DNA of 64,000 nucleotides from Lepidodermella squamata (lineage: Eukaryota > Animalia > Gastrotricha), in contig JBLDXI010000054.1 of assembly GCA_047495785.1 (NCBI GenBank), positions 3,348,001-3,412,000 of the forward strand, given 5' to 3'. Position 1 is the stretch's first letter. The number at the start of each line of letters is the position of its first letter. Below, one piece after another: positions 10,601 to 22,885 of the stretch. Under the pieces are notes generated by a model that saw only the letters and a program-made list of their open reading frames with translations, ran no database searches and was not told where the DNA came from. The translations under genes were made by a program, and so were the position numbers.

Positions 10601-13113
10601 AAATAGCGGTAAAAAATCCGGGTTAAATAACAAACATCGTCGACATGTCTCGCAGCGAGTTAACGCAAAAAACAAAAGCAATTGCGAGACTACGTTACAT
10701 GTGATAAACACACAAACACGCGCACGAGTTTTGGACACATAGTTATGTCTATATTTTCTCACTCATTTTTTAAGCGCCAGTTTTGCGGTTGATTTCAAGC
10801 GTTGATATATGTTGTTCTATTTTTTTGCTCTTCCGGTGGGAAACCAGCTATGATATTATTTACGAGGTTATTAATTGGTGATCATAATAATAATAATATG
10901 TTTCGAGTGAAGATATCTCTTTGCGCCATCTTGTAGCATTAAGGGGCCACAAGCATAATTGCACACTTCATTGGCGGACGCGGCGGCCACTCACCTGTGC
11001 GCTCTGGCGCTCTCTCGACATGGCGCGCGCTCGCGCAAAAAAACTCGGCAGTTTTTTGTTGGCGCGGTTTTGTTGGTTACATTATACAATGCGCGCGCTG
11101 GTTTCAATGATGAGAGCGAGCGCGAGAAGCGAATGAAGAGAGAGAAGTATTACTTTCACGGATCAAAACATTCAAAGCAACGCTCGAGCGGCGCTACTTT
11201 TCATCATCAGACCATCATCTTCCGGCATATTTCTTCGTCTAATACGCCGGCAATAATCATAGTAATCATAATAATAACAACAATATTAATAATAAGCCAC
11301 CACACCATGGAGCTCACCTGTGCGGCGATTTTTATATACATCCTATACCTGGTAGACATAATATTGCTGACCAATGGTCACACACGGCGTATACATGCGC
11401 GCATACGAGGAAGAAGAAAAAGCGGTAAACATGTTTTTTGCCCAGCCGCATAAAAACACAACACAGCCGACGCGGATTTTTATGCCTAGCGCGCTAAAAA
11501 GACAGCGTCATGCAAGAAAAACCTGCCCGTTGTCGAGGAAAGCCAGCCACACCAGCCGCAGCCATGGCTACCGGCAATTATGTAACAATAACAGTGTCGC
11601 AGCTCCGCAACCTTGAAGGTGTGGTCGTACGATGTGGGAGCGCAGACGGTGGACGTAAAAAAATTGAAAAGCGCGCGAGCTTTGTTTTGATACAAACAGT
11701 AGTTCACTCCTTCTTTCTGGAAAAAATAGAATTTGTGTGTTATTTTATTTCCTTAGTGTAATTAAGCTAGCGCGCCGCTGTCGAGTCGCGCCTCTCAGCC
11801 GCGTGTTTTTCGCCGCGAAAAAACGAAGCGGCTCACTTTTTAGGCGCCGGGCGCCGCTCGTGTATTGTTTTTATTTTCGCACATTATTATTGTTTATGCC
11901 GCTCGAGCCGCCGAGACGGGAAAAAATTAAGGGGAGAATTTCAATAACGACTGCGGATATATTATGCTTATTTTTTAGCGCGCCAATGGTCGCATATAGC
12001 ACGTTGTACAATTAGCATAATAACAAAATAATATCATAATAATAACACCCCGCTGCGATAAAAACCCGCGCTACTGTTTTTTCGCGCCAATGTCCATGCG
12101 TGCCCAATTTAACAGCAACGCGACTTGTTTATAGGTTAATGGATATAGGCAGAGATATTATGTTACAACATTAATTATTTACTATTTTCAAAAGAATGTT
12201 ATTTGTATTTGTTCCTTTGCTATAAGGAAATAATCTCACGCCTCTTGTGCGAAAAAACGGTCAGCCCATTCTGCTTTCTCATAAAAGGTGAAAACAATTG
12301 ACAAACAATCATTGCGGGAATTTAGTATACCTCCTTGCTTTCGTTATAATAGCTGCACGGGAAACACCTCGTCGCATGTACTTTGTTACAGTCGGCAAAA
12401 GTTCAAAAATGAGGAAAATAAAATTTAACCTGAACACGAATTTCAGCCTCTCCCACGAGCTTAAATAACACTCATAGCTGCCGGCACGGCTTGATTGCGG
12501 TCGTGTTTGTGAAGAAGCAACTCATTACTCTATGTCTACGAACGCGTTGAATTTTTAAATTAAACGCCTAAATCATATTGTTATCATCAAAAGAGCCGTC
12601 AAATCTTGCTGGCCATCTTCAATTGTTTGTGGTATTATCATAGCACAAAGCCGCACCTGCATTTCATTACATATTATAATATCCGTGTAATTGTTATTAC
12701 CTTGTTTTCAAAATAAGGTGCGCCTGAAGTGGCGTTAAATTCCAGCTGGATATAACGTTCTGTAATTGCTAAGAAGATTCAACAAACGCACTTAAAAATG
12801 ATACCCCTCAATGATAAAACTATTTTATTTTCAAAGGTTTATTTCGTGCATTCAAAGGCAATTTACAATATAATAAAAAATAAATAAAAATCAAACACAC
12901 GAAAAATAATTGCAAAAATAGCTTTGCAAGCTTGCAGTTTAATTTGTCACCGGTATAATAAATACGTGAAAATTGATTTCGTTTTTCTGAGTTTTCTGCA
13001 ATGAATGAACGATTAGTTTAAGAAATTCGCACCGGTATTAAATTTAGAGAAAATTCGCTTCATCCTATCAAGTAATAAATAAATTACAAAAATTGATTGC
13101 ATGAATGAAAATT

Positions 13114-14880
13114 TCATGATGTTTTCGTGCCGATTAGCCGAAGATTCAAAGAGCCGATTCTGGGTTCGTAGGTGAAAGTTGTGTCGCCCTTCGGAGGTAG
13201 AACTTCATGACCTTGGTAAGATTCATTTACCTCGGGAACCGGCCCTGTCAGTCGTAAATGCCAACGATTAAACATTTGCACAATATACCTGTATGAATAT
13301 AGTCTAAAATAACAGATAAGCACCATGATAAGGCTCACCATTTAGCTAATATCGTGGCGAAGCGCTGCCCGATGCATAGGCTACCAAAGCCTAGTAACGT
13401 TTTCTCGATGATTTTGCCTCTCTTCGAAAATTGCGCATTGTCGATGTAACGATCCCAAACAAATTTACGAGGATTTTCGAAGATTTCTGGATCTCGGTAA
13501 TGAGCTGGTGGGTAGAAAAATATAGTCTCGCCTCTCTCTAATGAGTAAGCTTTTCCGCAGTTCAGGGTAAACACGGTATCCTGAGTCACCGCACGGATAA
13601 CAACTACACCGCTGCAGAGTCGGAGCGTTTCTTTGAAGATCGATGCCAAACTTTGAATCGCTTCAACTTCCTCAAGTTCGAAAGTAAGAGTTTCCGGCTC
13701 AAATTTTGACGACACAGCTTTTTTCAAACGAATTATCTCGTCAAGTTCCAATATTAGGGCTTTGGAAGCATCGTCCTCGGCCAAAGTGTACACCAGCATC
13801 CAATAGGCCAGGCGGACGATGTTTGCATGGACATGAATCAATTCAATGCTGTGGTGCAGAACTTCGTAAGAAGATCCAAACTTTGGCAGTAGTTTGCAAG
13901 CCGCGGCAAGATAGGGACAAACATCACGCCTATCATTAAGCTCCTGAATTGTTGGGTGAAGATTCGCCATGCTACTGAACGCAGAATGCGCCGATGGGAA
14001 GAGCTTTAACGGCAGTCCCAACCACAGGTGGTTGAAGTATTTCGCAAAGGCCGAGTAGTGGGAGTAAAATCGATAAGCTTTGCTTTCTTTTTGATCGACT
14101 AGAGTTCGGCTGTATTCGTCGCAATTTTCTTCACATTCGGTTCCAATTAGTGTTTGAAGAATTGACAGAAATCCAGTTTTGATCAGAAATTCGTGGACAC
14201 TCACGTCAATACCCCTTTGTTCGTGTTCATCCATCGCTCGATTCAAGTGTCCATCGAACAGTTTGACCGTATCGCCAACTTTTATCGAACGGTAGAAATA
14301 AACCAGCCTCTTTCTGTGCTCGTCAATCGAGGCATCAGGCACTGAGAATCCAAAAACGTTTTTGTTGACTTGATTAATGATAGGTCGAAAGTCAAATTTA
14401 GGCTCGTGACAGAACGCCGGAAACGAATGAATGTCATTCAAGACGACAATTTTTCGATTGATTATACGAATAATAGCGAGATCCCCGTATTGCTTCTGCA
14501 CGCGTTGTAAAAAATCAGCAGCGTTTTTTGAGAGGTCGCCTGCGCTTCCGAGTAAAAAATGCCCTCTCACCACCGGAGGCCGATCGCAAGTTTGATGATT
14601 TTTCGATTTTCGAATTTTATACCGGAAAACCCAGTCATCGAAAGCGATGATTCTAAGAAAACGATCAATCAATTAAGCTAAATCAGTTTTCAAAAACTTG
14701 CCTCAAAATTTGTCGCGCATAAAATATTGAAACCAATGAAAAAGCGACGAAAAATGTTGATATTGCATATTTTAGGTGGGTGAACTGAATCGGTTCGGGT
14801 GTGTTTGCGGGTTGTATTGGCAGTTCGATTATAAGATAAAGTGGAGCAGGGCAACATAGTGACTGGTTGCTAAAGTTCAT
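13114..14880 (-). CDS. Cytochrome P450, clan 7 (CYP7/CYP8/CYP39-like), paralog B
   Basis: Exons 14880-14702 (GC donor), 14652-13339, 13288-13114. Motifs RPPVVRGHFLLG, HVHANIVRLAYW, ETLR, PRKFVWDRY, GFGSLCIGQRFA. Colinear with paralog A. Confidence 0.9.
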
Positions 14881-15766
14881 TTATTGGTGGGTAACTGAAA
14901 AACGTGCGCTATATATTCCCGATATGATTGACCAGCCAGCAAAAGAGCGGCTTGCTTCTCGGCCTGGATGGAAACGTGTTTATCCCGTGACAAAAGTAAA
15001 CAAACGAAGTTTTCGGTGCATCGAGATTATTGCTTCAATAAATTCTGGACTTTTACGGCGATAACCAGGCCGTGTCAGGTGAACGCCGTTACCGTCAGTG
15101 CGTCTCACTTAATGAAAAGCCGCGCGCAAAAAACCGAATAGCCCGCAGATTATGGAGAACCTGCATTAGCAATAATAAACATCGCCGTGCACTTTGCGCC
15201 GCTAAAAAAACAATCGCCTGATTCACCACAATGTTCATCAGCTTCGATCACGTGCCCATGAGGTTCTGATTTCACGCGCTGACCGACTTATGAAAGGCTC
15301 AATACGGGTTTTAACACATCACAGAACTGCTTGTCTTTTATTATAACGCGCTTCTGAACACAATTTTTCGCTTTTCATACAATAACATTTTTCATTCAAT
15401 TATCATTTTATGTACAGTAAGAGCAGAGAGCAAAGAAGAAATAGCTCATCATTTTATAAATATGATGACAGGAATATCACGGGAAAACGGTTTAGTTGCC
15501 GAACGGAATTACAACACAACACCGGTTCGTACTTCTACATTGCGGTATTTGAACGATAGAGTTTTCTTTTTATTTTCAATAAAATCAGTTCTTTACTACT
15601 GAATTTTTACCTAGTCGGAACTCGCATCAGCCAACAAAACGTATCACCCAAACCGTAAAGTTTTGCGGCCATTTTAATGCACAAACATCTGTTAAGCCAG
15701 TATTATATCACCAGACATTTTAAAGATGTTGTCTTTTTTAGTAAAAATACATAAAGACACGCGAGT

Positions 15767-16532
<766 letters not shown>

Positions 16533-16783
16533 CTGATTGATTTATCAGCAGTTAAAAACACTAAAAATAAGAAGAAAGTCGGTTATTTTGTCAAACAATA
16601 TCTTCTTTTTTTTTAATTTAAAAGGAGTTAAGCCTTTCGTAAAGCGATAGGTGCGTGTCTCTAACTTCTGATCTATACAGAATTCCGATCAAGAACAAAC
16701 ATTACATAAAAAGGATTTCAACGATTCGAGGTGGGCGTGACTTTGAACGATATAAGAGTTTGGTAACAGTCATTAACGGGTAC

Positions 16784-17389
16784 TTAGATGATGATCTCCA
16801 TTTCGCCCAGCTCTTCGTCACTCGGCAGTTGAGCGGCAACCTTCTCTGCGTCAACTAAATCGGCACTGATGAGGGGAAGACCATCACGACGACGGCGCTC
16901 AATTTCGAGGAAGGCCTCGCGATAAGCCCAATTTTGTAGTGAATGATCAGGGCCATATGCCCAGAGGAACGGGACCCAGCAGAACATCACAACTATGACA
17001 GAAAACATTATACCTCGCCTCACGAAATCGTCTTTCTCTTTATCGAAGGGTAGCAGAAACGGAGTCCATTCCTACAAGCGATACAAAATTCATGAAAACG
17101 AAACCAATTTTGCAATGAAATTTACCTTATATTCTTTTGGCAGTTCAGTCGAGGGGTGGCGCCAATTTTTCACCACTGGTTCATCGTGGTGGCCGTGACC
17201 ATGGCCGTGACCGTGTCCGTGTCCATGATCATGATCGTGCGAGCCTGCAGCATGACCATGGCTAGCAGCAGTATCGTTTGACTTGGGTGTGTTCGAAATT
17301 AATCTCACCGAGCTTAGGTTGCCATTGCGTAGCAAATTTGCCGCGTAAAGCGAGTATCGCGATGGGCAAAGACGTTGCAAAAGCGACAT
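16784..17389 (-). CDS. NDUFB11: NADH dehydrogenase [ubiquinone] 1 beta subcomplex subunit 11 (ESSS)
   Basis: Exons 17389-17126 and 17071-16784. Mitochondrial presequence, one TM, then YGPDHSLQNWAYREAFLEIERRRRDGLPLIS...QLPSDEEL. Confidence 0.88.
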
Positions 17390-17582
17390 CTGTAACACTA
17401 AAAGCTCTAGAATTTAAGGAAAAAGAAACAAGTTAGCCACAGTGTACTTTTCTGTACTTTCACCAATTCGCAAGACGTAACGTAAATATGGATGACAGAA
17501 TCGGTAATAAGTGATAAAAAAAAATTGCATTCACACGGTAACCAGGCGAGCAAATAAATAAGCCAAGAGCCAAGCCAATTTC

Positions 17583-18240
17583 TCAAGAATCTCCTACGAC
17601 TAAATTTTCCAGGCGTTCATCCAATGCACTGAGTAGAATACCAATCGGAGACCGCCTACAATTTAGCTCCTCTGCTTTGCTGAACAGTTTATTTTTCAAT
17701 CCTGGGACACGAGTAGATGCATGGAAAAATATAGCTGAAATAAGAAATACATTCATGATTAGCAAGGAAAAATTGTCATATATTACCTGAGAGAGGAAAG
17801 GCTATTCCAAATGTGAAGGCCACTAACGCCCCGAATATTGAGAAGACGACGAGGCAAAGACCGAAAACGCCCAGTAGAAACAGGAGAGGGTGACGCTGCT
17901 TAAATTCTTGAACATCTTTGCGGCTTTCCGTGAGTGATTTGCCGAAAAATAGAACACCGGTCACGACTAGAACGCCAACGATGATGGAGTGAGGATACAT
18001 TAAGCTGTTAAAGGGACAGTTATTAATCGAATGATTACAAGCGTAGCAACAAACAGACCAGACAAATAGGAAGATTGCCGAGAATACTAGAAAATAATTC
18101 GACTGGAAATAGAGCAAGTTTTTGTAAACCCGCTTCGACCATTTATTAAGATCACTGGGTGGTGCAGAGAAATAAGCGTCTCCAAAAGCGAACTCTTCTA
18201 GAGATCGTAGAGGTGGGAAACTGACTCCTGTTGACGACAT
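17583..18240 (-). CDS. PRA1-family protein (PRAF2/ARL6IP5-like)
   Basis: Exons 18240-18059, 18004-17787, 17734-17583. PPLRSLEEF, RVYKNLLYFQSNY, two long hydrophobic hairpins, HASTR..GLKNK. Confidence 0.9.
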
Positions 18241-19455
18241 ATTTCTATTAATCGAATCTATATTGGTACATATTTTTATGAATATCCACGATCAAGAAAA
18301 GTATAAGCCTATGAACTTATGCAGAGGACAAGAAAATTGAAAGAAGTCAACTGGGAAGCTGGAAGATACAGCTACGGAAGACTTTCTTCCGTCCAACGCA
18401 TTGAGAAACTTTTTCGAGTTTTCAAATGCGATAGCCATAGGGGCATTATAAAATACAAATTTTACTGGGTTATAAGTCCCGAATTGAACCTGAAAATGGT
18501 AGATACCAATTGCCAGTCTTGGGAATATGAGTTATCCGGTTATCAAGACAACTTCTGAATTACGTTACTGATATTCTAAGCGCTGGCTTCCAGCAACCGC
18601 TTTACAATGTTTTTCCGATATTTTAATTTGCCTGAGGCGTGAGCATTCGGCGATCGGCAATCGGCAGGAAGCAAACACTTTTGTGCTGCCCCGAACCGAG
18701 CATCATGTATCAAGCTTTCTGTGAAATGTACTTATAACCAATTTAGCATTGCACCATAGCCTAACCGGCGTTTTCGAAAATGTCAAAGATCAAGCGGTCG
18801 ATCGCTCAATGGTTCAACAACAATAAATTAATCGATCAATGGAATCGCAGGCCATACCTGAAGGCTTGGAGGGCTCAACGGAAAGCTAAAATCGTTGAAT
18901 TCGAACGCCCCGCGGCGCCGAATCGCCGCGCTAACTCAAAAATAGTTGATAAATTTGTTTTCCCGTTTGATTCACAAAACTCTAAATCATTGAGTGTTTG
19001 CCATTTTTAATTATGTCTGGTTGAGACCAAGATATATTTACAAAACTAAATAATTAGGTATTTCAAAACGTCGCTTTTTCGTCGCGCGCCGCGTCATTCT
19101 GTGTTGTCATCGGTTTTTAGAGCTTCTTTTCCGTCCCCTGGCGTCTGCAACGTTTCAGACGTTTGACGTTATGTCTTTTTTATTTCGTGTACTGTTCGAG
19201 CAGCCAACCTGCCTCACTCATGTCGCTTTACGCTTTCTCTATATGTGAGGGAAATTGTGCTAGAATTTTTTTGACCCAGCTATTGACATTAAGCTGTTGA
19301 ATCCTAACACATGATTATTAGTAGTATTTAGTCGATCTGAGTTTTTACTTGGAAATCATTAGCAAGGGTTCCACTACTATTCATCCATTCAAGTTTCCTA
19401 ATTCACGTTAATTTCTTGGATAGCTGCTTTTTGTTGACTAAAGTTAACCATCGAA

Positions 19456-20106
<651 letters not shown>

Positions 20107-21627
20107 GTTATCAACTTGCTTCTGCGTCCAGCTCTAAAAATTTTTGCGATAATGTTATAATCTGATACTTGAATGAAACATCAATAAGTAGCGTGTGAAA
20201 CTTAATTTTCTTAGTTTGGAACCATTTCTGTGCATTTCACGAAAATTGCGATCAGCGTCAGCGTTGTCACCTTAGTTTTGTTGTAAATACACGCCCGTGC
20301 TCATGAAGAGCCATAAGAATTATTGCTTAAATATGGTTTAGTAATCTTATTACGCCATTACTGCATGTAAAAGCTACGTTCAGGTTGTTCGTTTAGGAAA
20401 CTTTGAGTTCTGATCAGTTCTAACTGATGACAGTCCATGCTGACGTGCACTTTCATTTTTCTCGTAACGTGCTGTGTATTTTATAGCCTGGAGCATCAGC
20501 CTAAGAACTATCGCTATCCTGCTATTATATATTATCTTGAGGATGGGTGCAACATTCGGCCTTGTAAAGTTGGGTATTAATTTTTAAACAGATGGATTAA
20601 TATCTTTGTATAAAAAAAAGTTTATGGATTGAAGCAAACTACAATCCCAGACTTATTGTCATTCTCAGCGACGGGAAGACTTTGCACAGTTTGTGAGCAT
20701 CACATTGACCAATTGTTTTGCTGTTATCAACTTGCGTTGTCGTCCTGTTGCGATATTAAAACGGTGTGGCCGTCTTCTGTTATTATATTATTATATGAAA
20801 TAGGAATCTGCTTAGGACTGCGGATCTTCCTTGCACGTGGTCGCAAGCGATCAAGTCATCGTTTAGTGGCTGTTCGCACCGCTGAACAATTGTAATATCG
20901 AATGTGACTCGTGCTCGGACGAAAGTACTTGCATGTTCAATTGTGTATTCATTAAAAATCAATAATAAAATATTTGAACGTGGAGACATAGAACAATCAG
21001 ACTTTTTGTCTCGTGAGTCGTTTTATTAGATCGTATAACAACTTTCCACGTCGGAAAACCGGGCCAGTTAAGATTGATTTTTACATTAATAAAATTCGAG
21101 TTTCAAGTATTTCAATTATTATTGGAGACCGATGATCAGCAGACCACCACGTTAAGGCTGCGCGTCAAGATCGAATTCTTACATAGTATCACTCAATGAA
21201 CATCTGAAGAAAGGACATGGACGAGCAATGTAGGTGTTGGATTGGTTTGTGACTACTTTGCGTCTAATCGAGTAACAGAAGGCTTATCTCCATTAATAAG
21301 GAAGAAATGACGTTAAACAGAATACAGATGATTAAGACACTTGTTCCAGAAATGCCCTCGCGCTATACAGAATCGGCAATGTTAGTTAGGAAAACAACGC
21401 GATAAACTCGCCGCGGTGAAACAAAACAACGAAACATAAAATTATATTCGGCTATACGGTAAACTTTCTGTTGTTTAATTTAAACATAAGAGTTTCAAAT
21501 ACAGTGTCACGTTAATCGAGGTACATACACTCTCACGCAAAAAGCAAGAGGAGAAACGTGGAGATCTTGCAACGACCACCATTTGATTTTCTAATACCAT
21601 GAGTAACATAAATAAAATTCTATTTCG

Positions 21628-22772
21628 CTAGCTAGACAAGTGTTTGACAATCGAGTACACAAATTCGAGCCCTGGGTCGCCCGTTAGCACGACGTCGAAA
21701 GCGTCCATGTAACGGTCGATTTGTTCTTTTTCTTTCACGTTCAGAAATCCGACTTTTAGTAAACAATTCTGCTCGCGGTCTTGGTTTGGCAATCCGTGCG
21801 CCATGTGCAGATCGGCAATCATATCTCCCATCAGAATAGCATTGTGACGATGCACCAAATCACTGAAATACGGCGAGTCGTGAACAGCAGCTTCCGATTT
21901 GTTGAACACATGTATGAGTTTTCCTATTAGCCCATTGCAATTGCCCTGAATAACAATAGTAAACATCATTATTATCAAATTTAAGCGCAGAGAAAAATCA
22001 ATATGAATTAGGCACTCGCATTAGGCGATTATCAGAATTTTCATTCTTCATCGATAAAAAAGGAATCTAAGCAATTGGAACGTTTTATTCATCATGTTAT
22101 TTCTGGATTAAAATATCTAAAATCGGTTTCTTCGCTTACATTTTCATCAAAACTTAGCCGATTCGCGACGATGTGCATATTCGGGTAGAGTTTTGTCTGA
22201 GTTTTGAAGACTTCTTCGATTATCTGTGTCAGCCCGCCGGATAAGATCAACAATGGAATTGAAAGCTCATGAAGGCGGTCGAAAAACTCGGCGCAGTGTT
22301 CTCGAAGTCGAATGTCGGAGTGTCGTGTGACTTCGACCAGACTCGGGTAGTTGAGTTTGTATCGAATCATCAATTGATTCGCCTTCTCCCACCATTCAAT
22401 CATGTACGGGATTTTCTCCGATTCCTCAATATTCGGATCGATCTCGATGGGGTAGTACTTGTCTCGCAGCGCCCCGGCTTCGACGCGGTACTCTGGTGGC
22501 ATCAACGCGCCGTCCTCCAAGACTCCGTACGATGACCGGCCTTCTGTTCCGCCGACCTTGAATTTCGTCAAAGTCCGATCGAAGTCTGATATTACTTGCA
22601 GTTTGTCGGAGCCGTCATTCAGAATTTTGTGGATCACCGCCTTGACCCGAGTTGAATTCCTACATCTCACTCCAGGTAGAGAAAGTAGCGAGTCGACAAA
22701 GCTCTCCCGGTCAGCGCAGGTTGGCAAGTTTGCAGATATGGTACCGGGCGACGACTGTTCATTAGATGGCAT
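21628..22772 (-). CDS. NT5C3: Cytosolic 5'-nucleotidase 3 (pyrimidine/m7GMP 5'-nucleotidase, HAD family)
   Basis: Exons 22772-22140 and 21945-21628. LQVISDFDRTLT, YYPIEIDP, KIPYMIEWW, IHVFNK, ILMGD..DLHMA.G, LKVGFLN, FDVVL. Confidence 0.93.
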
Positions 22773-22885
22773 ATTAATAGATATATATATTTGTAATAAA
22801 ATAAACAATCTAAGATAACGAGATAAACGCAACTTTAAGATAACATTTTATTTACTGAGTGAGTAAGAAAAGTGAAGCTTGTTTT

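Noticed and set aside
14953-14970. GCTTCTCGGCCT resembling the U2 snRNA 5' end (also GCCAAGATCAAGT near 50684)
   Set aside because: The matches are short and isolated, with no branch-recognition GTGTAGTA or Sm site in context.
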